The position numbers and the translations under genes are program-made. Positions 19,376 through 29,956 of a stretch of DNA of 64,000 nucleotides are shown one piece after another (within the stretch, counting starts at the first letter, position 1; each line of letters starts with the position of its first letter). The notes under the pieces are model-generated. The model saw only the letters and a program-made list of their open reading frames with translations, was not told where the DNA came from and did no database searches. The stretch is from Hyphomicrobiales bacterium (GTDB lineage: Bacteria; Pseudomonadota; Alphaproteobacteria; Rhizobiales; Beijerinckiaceae), in NCBI GenBank assembly GCA_044445965.1, contig JBIOEJ010000010.1, positions 4,512 through 68,511 on the forward strand, in the 5' to 3' direction.

Positions 19376-20542
19376 TTATCTGATGCGCTCGAGCACGCTC
19401 ACATAGTTCGCGACCGCCGCGCCGCCCATGTTGAAGATGCCGCCGAGCTTGGCGTCCTTCACCTGCATGCCGCCCGCCTCGCCGGTGAGCTGCATCGCGG
19501 TGATGGCGTGCATGGAGACGCCCGTCGCGCCAATCGGATGGCCCTTGGCCTTGAGCCCGCCCGAGACGTTGACCGGCAGCTTGCCGTCCTTCAGCGTCCA
19601 GCCCTCCTTGATGGCCCGCGCGCCCTGCCCTTCCGGCGTGAGCCCCATCGCCTCGTATTCGATCAGCTCGGCGATGGTGAAGCAGTCATGCGTCTCGACG
19701 AAGGAGAGATCATCGAGTGTGAGCTTGCCGTTTGCGAGCGCCCGCTTCCAGGCCACGGAGCAGCCTTCGAATTTGAGGATGTCGCGCTTCGACATCGGCA
19801 GGAAATCCTGGGCATGGGCACGGGCGCGGAAGGCGACGGCGCGCCGCATCGACAGCGCCGTCTCGACATCGGCGATGACGAGGGCTGCCGCCCCGTCCGA
19901 GACGAGCGAGCAATCGGTGCGCTTCAAGGGGCCGGCGACGAAGGGGTTCTTCTCGCTCTCCTTGCGGCAGAATTCATAGCCGAGATCCTTGCGCATCTGC
20001 GCGTAAGGATTGTCGACGCCGTTCTTGTGGTTCTTGGCGGCGATCAGCGCCAGCGCATCCGACTGGTCGCCATGGCGCTGAAAATAGGCGCCCGCGATCT
20101 TGCCGAAGACGCCGGTGAAGCCGGCGGGTGTCTGCCCGTCCTCCGGCAGATAGGAAGCACGCAACAGGTTCTCGCCGATCTGCGGCCCCGGAGTCTTGGT
20201 CATCTGCTCGACGCCCACGACGAGGGAGAGGCGCGCAGCCTTCGCCTCGATCGCCTTCACGGCCTGATGCACGGCGGCGGAGCCAGTGGCGCAGGCATTC
20301 TCGACACGCGTCGCGGGCTTGAAGCGGAAATCCTCATCCGCCTGCAGCACCAGCGCCGCGGTGAAATCCTGCGGACTGAAGCCGGCATTGAAGTGACCGA
20401 GATAGATCTCGTCGATGTCGGAAGCGGCGACCCCCGCATGCTCCAGCGCTTCGTTCGTGACGCGGATGATCAGGCTCTCGACCGTCTCTGCGTCATGCTT
20501 GCCGAAGGGCGTATGCGCCCAGCCGACGATGCAGGCTGTCAT
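19376..20542 (-). CDS. thiolase-family protein (SCP-x / acetyl-CoA acetyltransferase-like)
   Basis: 388 aa with ENACATGSAAV (active-site Cys region) and a C-terminal GGLKAKGHPIGATG...FNMGGAA. Confidence 0.85.
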   Translation of the reverse strand: MTACIVGWAHTPFGKHDAETVESLIIRVTNEALEHAGVAASDIDEIYLGHFNAGFSPQDFTAALVLQADEDFRFKPATRVENACATGSAAVHQAVKAIEAKAARLSLVVGVEQMTKTPGPQIGENLLRASYLPEDGQTPAGFTGVFGKIAGAYFQRHGDQSDALALIAAKNHKNGVDNPYAQMRKDLGYEFCRKESEKNPFVAGPLKRTDCSLVSDGAAALVIADVETALSMRRAVAFRARAHAQDFLPMSKRDILKFEGCSVAWKRALANGKLTLDDLSFVETHDCFTIAELIEYEAMGLTPEGQGARAIKEGWTLKDGKLPVNVSGGLKAKGHPIGATGVSMHAITAMQLTGEAGGMQVKDAKLGGIFNMGGAAVANYVSVLERIR

Positions 20543-20624
20543 GGAGATCTCCCTCGAGATATGGGGTTATGCACATATGGGCGACGCGAAGCCCAAAAGG
20601 CAATCGTCCAAGCGCGCGTTGGAG

Positions 20625-21266
20625 CTATGCATCCAGCGCTCGGCCGGCGGGCGTTACCCGCCGCATGGTCAGATTGAAGCGTCCGCCTTCGGCAAGCAAG
20701 GTCGAGGTACCGGACAGCACGCGGTCGATGCCATGGAAGGCGAGCCGCGCCTCCCCGCCGAAGACGAAGGCATCGCCGCTCGCGAGCCTGACCGAGCGCG
20801 TGGGCGCGTCGCGCGTGACGCCCCCGATACGGAAGATCGCCGTGTCTCCGAGCGACAGCGAGACGACGGGAGCGCCGAACTCCGCCTCATCCCTGTCCTG
20901 ATGCAGGCCGAGGCGCGCCGCTACGGCATAATAGTTGACGAGGCAGGCCTCGGGGAGAAAGCCGATATCCGCCAGCTCGCGCCAAGCCCGCATCAGCGCC
21001 TCCGGCATCTCCGGCCAGGGCATACCGGTTTCCGGATGCGCCTTCTGGTAACGGTAGCCGCCGATGTCGGATACCCAGCCGAGCGGCCCGCAATTCGTCA
21101 TGCGCACCGAGAACGGCTTGCCGGAGCGCGGCATGCTCGGATGATAGAGCGGCGCGACCGCGATGGCGGCGCGGATATCCTCCAGCAGGGCTTGCTGCGC
21201 GGCCCGGTCGAGATAGCCGGGATAGTAGACGGCGCCTGGGGCGATATCGATCTTCTGAGAAGGCAT
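20625..21266 (-). CDS. alkB: alpha-ketoglutarate-dependent dioxygenase AlkB
   Basis: 213 aa with HQDRDE...(Fe-binding HxD)...ARLAFHGIDRV. Confidence 0.9.
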   Translation of the reverse strand: MPSQKIDIAPGAVYYPGYLDRAAQQALLEDIRAAIAVAPLYHPSMPRSGKPFSVRMTNCGPLGWVSDIGGYRYQKAHPETGMPWPEMPEALMRAWRELADIGFLPEACLVNYYAVAARLGLHQDRDEAEFGAPVVSLSLGDTAIFRIGGVTRDAPTRSVRLASGDAFVFGGEARLAFHGIDRVLSGTSTLLAEGGRFNLTMRRVTPAGRALDA

Positions 21267-21271
21267 GACGG

Positions 21272-22336
21272 CTATTTCGGCGCGAGATCGGCCTCACCTG
21301 CCTCGACTAAGTCGAAGCTGCCCGCCGCGAATTTCGGCATGACCTCGCTCACGAAGAGGTCGACCGAGCGTCGCGACGCCTCGTAGGCGAGATCGCCGAA
21401 GGCGAAGCGGCAGAGCAAGTAGTTGATGCCGGCCGAGGCGACCTGCTCCTTTATCCTGTCGCGCACCGTTGCCGGCGTCCCGACCAGCGCAAATCCGGCG
21501 CGGACGAAATCCCCGAAATCCTCCGGCAGAGCGACGTTGGGGGGTTTGGTATCGAATTTGTTCCAGAGCAGCATGAAGCTTCCGAACCATTTCGCATAGG
21601 CCGGCCGGCCCACTGCCATCGCCTCGGCTTCCGTCTCGGCGATGACGATGTGGCGCGCCATGCCCATGAAGGGGATTGCGGATGCGTGGTTTCCGAGGCT
21701 CACCCATTCCTCGCGATAGCGGTCGGTGATGGCGCGCGTCCGCGCCACCGAAGCGTTGGTGACGAAGCTCACGCGGTTCTCGGCGAACCAGCGCGTCCCC
21801 TCCGGGTTCGAGGTGCCGCACCAGAGGGGCGGGTGCGGTCTTTGCACCGGGGTCATCTCGATCGGTACCTCGTCGAAGTGGAAATGCTCGCCATGGAAGG
21901 TGAGCGTCTTCGCCGACAATGCCTCGAGGATGACGGCGCTCGCTTCGCGATAGAGCGCTTGCGCCATTTCGGGCTGGACGCCGTAATAGGCGAGCTCATG
22001 GGGCGAGATGCCCCGGCCGATGCCGAGCTCGAGGCGTCCGCCGCTCATCTGGTCGAGCATGCAGATTTCTTCGGCGAGCCGCAGCGGATGATAGAGCGAC
22101 AACGTATGGACCAGCGCGCCGAAGCGCAGACGCCTCGTCCGCTGAGCGACGGCCGCCAGGAAGACGCTGGGCGAAGGCGCCATGCCGAGCGGCGTCGCAT
22201 GGTGCTCGGCGAGGTGATAGGCGTGGAAGCCCCCTCGATCATAGGCTTCGATGAGCTGCAGCCGGGCTTCGTATTGCCGGGTCAGGGAAACAGCTCCCTG
22301 GTCCATATGGTCGAAGACGCCGAATTTCACGCCCAT
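21272..22336 (-). CDS. LLM-class (luciferase-like) flavin-dependent oxidoreductase
   Basis: Start re-set to ATG 22336 (MGVKFGVFDHMDQG...). The remainder looks like a typical LLM fold. Confidence 0.85.
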   Translation of the reverse strand: MGVKFGVFDHMDQGAVSLTRQYEARLQLIEAYDRGGFHAYHLAEHHATPLGMAPSPSVFLAAVAQRTRRLRFGALVHTLSLYHPLRLAEEICMLDQMSGGRLELGIGRGISPHELAYYGVQPEMAQALYREASAVILEALSAKTLTFHGEHFHFDEVPIEMTPVQRPHPPLWCGTSNPEGTRWFAENRVSFVTNASVARTRAITDRYREEWVSLGNHASAIPFMGMARHIVIAETEAEAMAVGRPAYAKWFGSFMLLWNKFDTKPPNVALPEDFGDFVRAGFALVGTPATVRDRIKEQVASAGINYLLCRFAFGDLAYEASRRSVDLFVSEVMPKFAAGSFDLVEAGEADLAPK

Positions 22337-22346
22337 TACAGCGCCT

Positions 22347-22967
22347 TCATCCCTGCAGCACTTGCTTCTCGCGCACCAGCGTGTCCTCGCCCAGGCGATA
22401 GAGGATCGGCTGGCCGGTCGCGAGCTCCAACGAGGGGATGGTCTTCGGGGTGAGATGATCGAGCACCATGACGAGGGCGCGCAGCGAATTGCCATGGGCC
22501 GAGACCAGCACGCGCCGCCCCATCATCACGCGCGGCAGGATGTATTGGATGTAGTAGGGCAGCACGCGCGCCGTGGTGTCCCTGAGGCTCTCGCCGCCAG
22601 GCGGAGCCACATCGTAGGAGCGGCGCCAGATATGCACCTGCTCCTCGCCCCAGCGTTTCCTGGCATCGTCCTTGTTGAGGCCGACGAGGTCGCCATAGTC
22701 GCGCTCGTTCAGCGCCTCGTTCTTGAACGTCTCGAGCCCGGGCTGGCCGATCTCCTCCAGCATCAAGGTCAAGGTATGTTGCGCCCGCGACAATACCGAG
22801 GTGAAGGCTACGTCGAAGCTCAGCCCGAGCTTCTTCAATTGCGCGCCCGCCGCCTTCGCCTCGGCGATGCCTTTCTCCGTGAGGCCGATATCCTTCCAGC
22901 CGGTGAACAGGTTCTTGAGGTTCCACTCGCTCTGGCCGTGGCGCACGAGCACGAGAAGACGGTCCAT
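22347..22967 (-). CDS. gpmA: 2,3-bisphosphoglycerate-dependent phosphoglycerate mutase
   Basis: Start re-set to ATG 22967. [20 protein letters not shown] motif; 206 aa. Confidence 0.95.
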   Translation of the reverse strand: MDRLLVLVRHGQSEWNLKNLFTGWKDIGLTEKGIAEAKAAGAQLKKLGLSFDVAFTSVLSRAQHTLTLMLEEIGQPGLETFKNEALNERDYGDLVGLNKDDARKRWGEEQVHIWRRSYDVAPPGGESLRDTTARVLPYYIQYILPRVMMGRRVLVSAHGNSLRALVMVLDHLTPKTIPSLELATGQPILYRLGEDTLVREKQVLQG

Positions 22968-22998
22968 TGGGGCTTCGTTCCTCACTGCGACGGATGCA

Positions 22999-23811
22999 TC
23001 AGGCAGGCAGCCCGAGCACATCCGCCATGGAATAGAGGCCGGGCTTCCTGCCATGGCCCCACAAGGCGGCGCGCAGCGCGCCGGAGGCGAAGAGGGCGCG
23101 ATCCTCGGCATGGTGCGAAAGCGTCAGGCGCTCGCGCGGACCGGCGAACACGACGCTGTGGTCGCCGGTCACCGAGCCGCCGCGCATGGCGGCAAAGCCG
23201 ATATCGCCCTCGCGCCGCGCCCCGGTATGACCGTGGCGCCCGCTGGCGCTATGGGCGGCAAGCTCGATGCCCCGCCCGAGCGCTGCCGCCTCGCCCAGAA
23301 GATAGGCCGTGCCGGAAGGCGCATCGACCTTGTGGCGATGGTGCATCTCGACGATCTCGATGTCGAATTCGGGGCCGAGCGCCGCGGCCGCCTGCCTGAC
23401 GAGATTGGCCAGCAGATTGACGCCGAGGCTCATATTGCCGGACTGAATCACGACCGTATGGCGCGCGGCCGCCTTGATCTTGGCCATGTCGTCCGCCGAC
23501 AGCCCCGTGGTGCCGACGACATGCACGACCCTTGCCTGGGCCGCGAGCGCCGCGAAGGCAAGCGTCGCCGCCGGCACCGTGAAATCGAGCACGCCGTCGG
23601 CCTTGGCGAAAGCCGAGAGCGCGTCCGAGGCGAGCGGCACACCCAGAGGCTCGCCGCCGGCAAGCGCCCCCGCATCCTTGCCGAGAAGCGGATGCCCCTC
23701 GCGCTCGATCGCGCCCGCGAGCGCGCAGCCCTTGGTTTCTCGGATGGCGCGGATCAGGGTCAGGCCCATCCGCCCGCCGGCGCCGACCACGACGAGGCGC
23801 ATATCGGTCAT
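22999..23811 (-). CDS. dapB: 4-hydroxy-tetrahydrodipicolinate reductase
   Basis: 270 aa with [10 protein letters not shown] (NAD-binding) and [18 protein letters not shown]. Confidence 0.95.
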   Translation of the reverse strand: MTDMRLVVVGAGGRMGLTLIRAIRETKGCALAGAIEREGHPLLGKDAGALAGGEPLGVPLASDALSAFAKADGVLDFTVPAATLAFAALAAQARVVHVVGTTGLSADDMAKIKAAARHTVVIQSGNMSLGVNLLANLVRQAAAALGPEFDIEIVEMHHRHKVDAPSGTAYLLGEAAALGRGIELAAHSASGRHGHTGARREGDIGFAAMRGGSVTGDHSVVFAGPRERLTLSHHAEDRALFASGALRAALWGHGRKPGLYSMADVLGLPA

Positions 23812-23906
23812 GTGAAGCCAGCTCCCGCAATCATGCCTCGCCTAATAGCGTCGAGGCGCGGGAATGGAAAGGAGCGCGTCCGCTCCGGCCCGAGCCGGCT
23901 CGTCGA

Positions 23907-24482
23907 TCAAGGTGAAACAGGATGGCCCTTAAGCCAGGCTATGACCTGATCGGCATTCTCATCGGGCGGAAAGACCGGATAGAAGACGTGTTCGATGCGG
24001 CGATCGCGAACGATCATGGTCAGCCGCTTGACGAGCCGCATGCCGTCCACCTCGAAGGTCGGCAGGCGCAATGCCTCGCATAGCGCGAACCCAGCATCGC
24101 TCAAGAGCTCGAAGGGCAGGTGAAGACGCCCGCTCGCCTCCCTTTGATAGTCGCTCGTTTGGGTGCTCAGGCCGAAGACCTCCGCCGCGAGCGCGGACAG
24201 CTCCTTATGGTGGTCGCGGAAGCCGCAAGCTTGCGGGGTGCAGCCGCGCGCGCCGGGAATCATGTCCCAACCCTCGGGGAGCGGCCTACCGGGCACCCCA
24301 GTCATCGGATAGCAGTAGATGACGGTCCTTCGAGCTTTCAGTTCGGCGAGATCTACCATCCTCCCTGATGTCGAGCGCAAAGAGACCGCGGGCATCCTCA
24401 GGCCCGTGAGATGATCCGCCGCCCCGTCGTCGACGGGTGCAGGCAGGTCCGTGGGAAGGGGGAAGGCGATATTCGGCTCCAC
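23907..24482 (-). CDS. peroxiredoxin / redoxin family protein (AhpC-TSA, Bcp-like)
   Basis: 191 aa with GCTPQAC redox-centre context. GTG start preceded by AGGAG. Confidence 0.75.
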   Translation of the reverse strand: MEPNIAFPLPTDLPAPVDDGAADHLTGLRMPAVSLRSTSGRMVDLAELKARRTVIYCYPMTGVPGRPLPEGWDMIPGARGCTPQACGFRDHHKELSALAAEVFGLSTQTSDYQREASGRLHLPFELLSDAGFALCEALRLPTFEVDGMRLVKRLTMIVRDRRIEHVFYPVFPPDENADQVIAWLKGHPVSP

Positions 24483-24516
24483 GCGAGGACTCCTGTTACC
24501 GAATTAGCGGCGCTGC

Positions 24517-25869
24517 TCAAGGCTTCTTGGGATCGAAGCGCTTCTTCAAGCCTCGCCAGCACTCGGCATAGTCCGCGTCGAGCACGTCGAGCTCGGCCGC
24601 GTATTTCGTGACACGCTGCGGAAAGCGTGTCTCGAACATGAAGGCCAGCGTGTTCACGAGCTTCACAGGTTTCAACTCCGCCTCCGTGGCATGCGTGAAG
24701 GCCTCCGCATCCGGGCCATGCGGCAGCATGCAATTGTGCAGGCTGATGCCGCCGGGCACGAAGCCCCGGGGCTTGGCGTCATAGACGCCGTAGATCAGCC
24801 CCATGAATTCCGACATGATGTTCATATGGTACCATGGCGGGCGGAAGGTGTTCTCGGCCACCGCCCAGCGCTCGGGAAAGATGACGAAGTCGATATTGGC
24901 GGTGCCCGGCGTCTCGGAGGGCGCGGTGAGCACCGTGAAGATCGACGGATCGGGATGGTCGAAGGAGAGCGCGCCGACCGGGGAGAACCGCCGCAGATCA
25001 TATTTGTAGGGCGCGTAGTTGCCGTGCCAGGCGACGACGTCGAGCGGCGAATGGTCGAGCTCGGTCACGAACAGCTGGCCGCCCCATTTCACGTAGAGCC
25101 TCGAGGCCGCATCCTTATCCTCATAGGCCGCGACCGGGGTGAGGAAGTCGCGCGCATTGGCGAGGCAGTTGGCGCCGATCGGCCCGCGCTCCGGCATGGC
25201 GAAGGCGCCGCCATAATTCTCGCAGACATAGCCCCGCGCCTCGCCATCGGCGAGCTCGACGCTGAGCTTCACGCCGCGCGGAATGACGGCGATCTCGCCG
25301 GGTTCGACCTCGATGACGCCGAACTCCGTGCGCAAGCGCAGACGCCCCTGTTGCGGCACCACGAGCATCTCGCCGTCGGCATTGTAAAAATACTCATCCG
25401 GCATCGAGCGGTTGGCGAGATAGACATGCGCTCCCATGCCGCTGAGCGCGCCCGCGTCTCCGCCCGTCGTCATGCTGCGCATGCCTTGCAGGAAATTCAG
25501 CTTCTTCTTCGGGATGGGCTGCGGACCCCAGCGCAGCTGGCCGATCGGAATATCGTGCTCATGGCAGGGCGCGGTGCGCCACAAACCCGCATCGATCCTC
25601 TTGAAGCGCCCCGAATGCCTGACGCTCGGCCTGATGCGATAGAGCCAGGAGCGCTCGTTCGAGGCGCGCGGCGCCGTGAAGGGCGAGCCCGAGAGCTGCT
25701 CGGCATAGAGGCCGAAACGGCATTTCTGCGGGGAGTTGCGCCCGACCGGAAGGGCGCCCGGCAACGCCTCCGTCTCGAAGGAGTTGCCGAAGCCCGACAT
25801 ATAGCCCGGCGTGACGCCGATCGCGCGGCTGGGAACGACGAGATCCTTAGGCTTTGGAGCGTAGTTCAT
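24517..25869 (-). CDS. hmgA: homogentisate 1,2-dioxygenase
   Basis: Start re-set to ATG 25869 ([10 protein letters not shown]...). [20 protein letters not shown] is characteristic. Confidence 0.95.
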   Translation of the reverse strand: MNYAPKPKDLVVPSRAIGVTPGYMSGFGNSFETEALPGALPVGRNSPQKCRFGLYAEQLSGSPFTAPRASNERSWLYRIRPSVRHSGRFKRIDAGLWRTAPCHEHDIPIGQLRWGPQPIPKKKLNFLQGMRSMTTGGDAGALSGMGAHVYLANRSMPDEYFYNADGEMLVVPQQGRLRLRTEFGVIEVEPGEIAVIPRGVKLSVELADGEARGYVCENYGGAFAMPERGPIGANCLANARDFLTPVAAYEDKDAASRLYVKWGGQLFVTELDHSPLDVVAWHGNYAPYKYDLRRFSPVGALSFDHPDPSIFTVLTAPSETPGTANIDFVIFPERWAVAENTFRPPWYHMNIMSEFMGLIYGVYDAKPRGFVPGGISLHNCMLPHGPDAEAFTHATEAELKPVKLVNTLAFMFETRFPQRVTKYAAELDVLDADYAECWRGLKKRFDPKKP

Positions 25870-26135
25870 GCGTCCTCCCCTGGTCCGGCGGCACCGCGCT
25901 TGCATGTCTGGTAAACCCGCCGGGCGGCTTGTTCAACAGGGGCGGTCCTTGCGGTCCGGCCTTCGGTCGCCTCGGCCATGCCTCAATGAGGGGCGAATTG
26001 CGGTCGGCACCGCACATAAGGAACATTTCAGGCCGGGGCGACGTAAGTGCCGAGGGCATAGACGAAGAGGCGGATTGCGGCCTCGCGGAATTTGCCGGGC
26101 GCGGGCGCAAGCCTCCTGCACAAAGGAATCGGTCC

Positions 26136-26978
26136 ATGCGCATCCATTTCGGCTTCGATATCGCGCTCGACTTCGCGCAGCCGACACCGACGCTGATGAT
26201 GCTCAATGTCCACCCCTCGCGACGGCAGGACCTCATCAAGCCCGATCTCTTGCGCCTGGAGCCCGAGATCGCGCAGTCGAGCTATATCGATACCTTCGGC
26301 AACCAATGCACGCGGGTCATCGCCCCGGCCGGCCGGTTCCGCGTCTCGACCGACGCCGCGATCCTCGATAGCGGTTTGCCCGACAAGGTTGCGCCCGGCG
26401 CGCGCGCCATTCCGATCGGCGAGCTGCCGACGGGCGCGCTCGTCTTCCTCCTCGGCAGCCGCTATTGCGAGACCGATGCGCTGTCGCAGACCGCATGGGA
26501 CTTGTTCGGCGCCACCACACCCGGCTGGGAGCGGGTGCAGGCGATCGTCGACTTCGTGCACAACCATATCGAGTTCGGCTATCCGCATGCGCGCGCGACG
26601 CGGACGGCGCACGAAGCCTATGCCGAGCGGCGTGGCGTCTGCCGCGACTTCGCCCATCTCGCGGTCGCCTTGTGCCGGTGCATGAACATTCCGGCGCGTT
26701 ACGCCACCGGCTATCTCGGCGATATCGGCGTGCCGCCGGATCCGGCTCCGATGGATTTCAGCGCCTGGTTCGAGGTCTATCTCGAAGGCGGCTGGTATTC
26801 CTTCGATGCCCGCCACAACCGACCGAGAATCGGGCGCGTCGTCATGGCCTATGGCCGCGACGCCGCCGACGTTGCCTTGACGAACAGCTTCGGCAATCAC
26901 GCCTTGGGCAAATTCGAGGTCTGGACCGATGAAATCCCGGAAGGGGCGGATCTGCCGGCAAGGCGCATCGCTGCCTGA
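26136..26978 (+). CDS. transglutaminase-like family protein (N-terminal Bact_transglu_N-type region plus TGase core)
   Basis: Start re-set to ATG 26136 (MRIHFGFDIALDF...). Core RRGVCRDFAHLAVALCR ... MDFSAWFEVYLEGGWYSFDARHN. Confidence 0.85.
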   Translation: MRIHFGFDIALDFAQPTPTLMMLNVHPSRRQDLIKPDLLRLEPEIAQSSYIDTFGNQCTRVIAPAGRFRVSTDAAILDSGLPDKVAPGARAIPIGELPTGALVFLLGSRYCETDALSQTAWDLFGATTPGWERVQAIVDFVHNHIEFGYPHARATRTAHEAYAERRGVCRDFAHLAVALCRCMNIPARYATGYLGDIGVPPDPAPMDFSAWFEVYLEGGWYSFDARHNRPRIGRVVMAYGRDAADVALTNSFGNHALGKFEVWTDEIPEGADLPARRIAA

Positions 26979-27068
26979 GGGAGCTGAAGGTCTCGCGCTG
27001 GAGTTCCGCCGCCAAGGACTCGCCGCAAGAACTGATTAACGCCAAAGCCTGAAACCGCATTCGGAGCT

Positions 27069-27097
27069 TTGACGCGCCGGGCGTGGCGCTGTATCAC
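27069..27097 (+). promoter_or_regulatory. candidate sigma-70-type promoter TTGACG-N17-TATCAC upstream of rpoN
   Basis: TTGACG at 27069-27074, a 17-nt spacer, TATCAC at 27092-27097. It lies 82 nt upstream of the rpoN ATG. Pattern match only. Confidence 0.3.
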
Positions 27098-27178
27098 AAG
27101 CAAGAACCGTGCCGATCGACCGCGCAAGCCTCGCGCGGGGGCGGCACAAAGATGGGCTTGCGTTGTTCAGGCGAAGCG

Positions 27179-28822
27179 ATGGCGTTGTCACATCGGCTCG
27201 AAATGCGCCAAGGCCAGTCCCTGGTCATGACGCCGCAGCTGTTGCAGGCGATCAAGCTGCTGCAACTGTCGAGCCTCGATCTCGCCGCCTATGTCGAAGC
27301 CGAGCTGGAGCGCAATCCTCTGCTCGAAAGGGCCGAAGACGAGAGCGGTGAGAGCGCCGCCGTCGCCGATGGAGAAGGGCCAGGCGAAGCGTCCGGGATG
27401 GACGCCGAGGAGACTGACTGGGCGGTCGAGGAGGGCGCCGCGGACGGCATGGCCGACGGCCCCTCGAGCGCCGAGCCGTCGGTCTTGGAGGGAGCGGCCG
27501 GCGAGTGGAGCGCCGAGAGCGCCCCTCCCGACCGCGCCGAGATCGAGGCGCGCTTCGGCGCCGATCTCGGCGAGGTGTTTCCCGACGAAGCCGCAATGGC
27601 GCAACCGGTTCCTGCGTCGCCCCCCATCGAGACCTTGGGCGTCGCGGGCGGCTCCGCGCCGTCGGCCAGCGGCGCCTCGCGCGATGGCGAGGACCATAAT
27701 CTCGAGGCTTATGTCGCGGCCCCGGTCTCGCTGCACGATCATCTCATCGCGCAACTCGGCTTCGCGACCGTATCCCCCGCCGACCGCTTGATCGGGCGCG
27801 AGATCATCGATGGCATCGACGACGCGGGTTATCTGACGCTCGACCTCGCGGAGCTCGCCGCTCGCCTCGGCATCCCCTTGCCGCGGGTCGAGCAGGTGCT
27901 GGCGCTGGTGCACCGCTTCGAGCCCTCCGGCGTCGGGGCGCGCTCGCTCGCGGAATGCTTGTCGCTGCAACTCGCCGAGCGCGACCGGCTCGATCCTGCC
28001 ATGCGAGCCCTCGTCTCGCATCTCGATCTCGTCGCCAAGCGCGATGTCGCGAGGCTGGCGCGGCTGTGCGGTGTCGATGGCGAGGACGTGCTCGACATGC
28101 TCGCCGAGTTGCGGGCGCTCAATCCGAAACCCGGCCTCGCCTTCGGCGGGGGCGTGGTGCAGACCGTGGTGCCGGACGTTCAGGTGCGCCCGCACCCGGA
28201 CGGGAGCTGGAACGTCGAGCTCAATCCGGCCGCCCTTCCCCGGGTGCTGGTCAACCAGGACTACCATGCGAGGGTCACGGCCGGGCCCCTCAACGACGGC
28301 GACAGAGCCTATATCGCCGAATGCCTGCAGAATGCGAATTGGCTGACGCGCAGCCTCGAGCAGCGGGCGCGCACGGTGCTGAAGGTCGCGAGCGAGATCG
28401 TGCGCCAGCAGGACGCCTTCCTGACGCAAGGCGTCGAGCACCTGCGCCCGCTCAATCTCAAGACGATCGCCGACGCCATCTCGATGCATGAATCGACGGT
28501 ATCGCGCGTCACCTCGAACAAATATATCGCGACCCCGCGCGGCCTGTTCGAGATGAAATATTTCTTCTCCTCCGCCATTCAGAGCGCCGATGGGGGCGAG
28601 GCGCTCTCGGCCCAGGCGGTGCGTTTCAAGATCAAGCAGTTGATCGAGGCCGAGGACCCGTCGGTCGTCCTGTCGGACGACACCATCGTGCAGCGCTTGC
28701 ACGATGGCGGCGTCGACATCGCTCGACGCACCGTCGCCAAATACCGCGAGAGCATGGGCATCGCCTCCTCGCTCGAACGGCGCCGGTTGAAGGCCGCTTC
28801 GAGCTTCGCGGCGAACGCCTGA
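27179..28822 (+). CDS. rpoN: RNA polymerase sigma-54 factor
   Basis: Start re-set to ATG 27179 (MALSHRLEMRQGQSLVMTPQLLQAIKLLQLS). Acidic region II. C-terminal RpoN box ARRTVAKYRE. Confidence 0.95.
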   Translation: MALSHRLEMRQGQSLVMTPQLLQAIKLLQLSSLDLAAYVEAELERNPLLERAEDESGESAAVADGEGPGEASGMDAEETDWAVEEGAADGMADGPSSAEPSVLEGAAGEWSAESAPPDRAEIEARFGADLGEVFPDEAAMAQPVPASPPIETLGVAGGSAPSASGASRDGEDHNLEAYVAAPVSLHDHLIAQLGFATVSPADRLIGREIIDGIDDAGYLTLDLAELAARLGIPLPRVEQVLALVHRFEPSGVGARSLAECLSLQLAERDRLDPAMRALVSHLDLVAKRDVARLARLCGVDGEDVLDMLAELRALNPKPGLAFGGGVVQTVVPDVQVRPHPDGSWNVELNPAALPRVLVNQDYHARVTAGPLNDGDRAYIAECLQNANWLTRSLEQRARTVLKVASEIVRQQDAFLTQGVEHLRPLNLKTIADAISMHESTVSRVTSNKYIATPRGLFEMKYFFSSAIQSADGGEALSAQAVRFKIKQLIEAEDPSVVLSDDTIVQRLHDGGVDIARRTVAKYRESMGIASSLERRRLKAASSFAANA

Positions 28823-28940
28823 TCGCGGCTTGCCGCTGGCTTGCGCCGGGCAGTTGAACGCGGACCGGAGACTTCCTAGGTTACTTTGCCAGCCTCCGGG
28901 TGCGAACCAACTCCCGGACCGAAGCTTGAAAGGGATCGCC

Positions 28941-29261
28941 ATGCCGACCGCCAAGACCTCCGACGCCTCCTTCGAGAACGACGTGATCAAATCCACCCAT
29001 CCGGTCGTCGTCGACTTCTGGGCGGAATGGTGCGGCCCCTGCCGCACGATCGGCCCGTCGCTCGAGGACATCTCGAACGAGATGGCCGGCAAGGTGAAGG
29101 TCGTGAAGCTCAATGTCGACGAGAACCCGGACACCGCCAAGAAGTTCGGCGTGCGCTCGATCCCGACGCTGATGATCTTCAAGGACGGCAAGCTCGCGGA
29201 CCAGAAGGTCGGCGCCGCTTCGAAGGGGGATCTCACACGCTGGATCAGCGCGCACGCTTGA
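28941..29261 (+). CDS. trxA: thioredoxin
   Basis: 106 aa with the WCGPC active site. Confidence 0.95.
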   Translation: MPTAKTSDASFENDVIKSTHPVVVDFWAEWCGPCRTIGPSLEDISNEMAGKVKVVKLNVDENPDTAKKFGVRSIPTLMIFKDGKLADQKVGAASKGDLTRWISAHA

Positions 29262-29278
29262 CGAGGAGCGCGCCGGCC

Positions 29279-29947
29279 TCAGCCGGAAGCGGGAGAGTCG
29301 AGCGCGGCGAGGCTGCCGCCCGAACACTTCGAATAGGTGACGCCGCCCGAATTGGTGCGCGGAACTGAACTGACGTTGCGCGGCACCATGAAATTTGCTT
29401 CCGACAGATTGATGGTGCCGGTGACCACATATCCGATCGCCGGCTTGTAGGGGAACGTCGCCTGCCCCAGGATGACCGAGCCATTGGACGTGCGGATGCT
29501 GTTCGGCACGAGCGTGGTCGACAGATTGGCGCTGCAACTGGGCGTCATGGCGGTGGCGCCGGGGCCGGTCGCGCTGCTCCAGACGACATAGGCGTTCGGA
29601 GGATTGGCGGTGTCGAACACGATGCTCGTGACCACCATCCCGGCCTGGGTGTAGTCGAATGGCGCAAGGACGGCGGCGCCCGCGTTGAAGATGCTGTTGA
29701 GGTCCGAATCCTGCAGGGCGCCGGCGGAGCGGGCCGTCAAGTTGGCGAGCGTCAGCGCGAGGTTCGAGAGCTTGCGGTCGGCGGTGACGCCTTCTCCTAC
29801 CTCCACCGATCCGAGATAGGTGGTGAGCATGATCGGCAACACCAGGGCGAACTCGATCGCCGCGGTCGCCGATGTGAGAACCGCGAAGCCGTGAAGCTTG
29901 CCGCGGATGCGCGACCCCACTCTCCTGATGCTGGCCCGAAGCGACAT
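29279..29947 (-). CDS. TadE/TadG-family pseudopilin-like protein
   Basis: 222 aa with the N-terminal TadE motif SATAAIEFALVLPIMLTTYL. Confidence 0.75.
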   Translation of the reverse strand: MSLRASIRRVGSRIRGKLHGFAVLTSATAAIEFALVLPIMLTTYLGSVEVGEGVTADRKLSNLALTLANLTARSAGALQDSDLNSIFNAGAAVLAPFDYTQAGMVVTSIVFDTANPPNAYVVWSSATGPGATAMTPSCSANLSTTLVPNSIRTSNGSVILGQATFPYKPAIGYVVTGTINLSEANFMVPRNVSSVPRTNSGGVTYSKCSGGSLAALDSPASG

Positions 29948-29956
29948 GAGGCTTCC

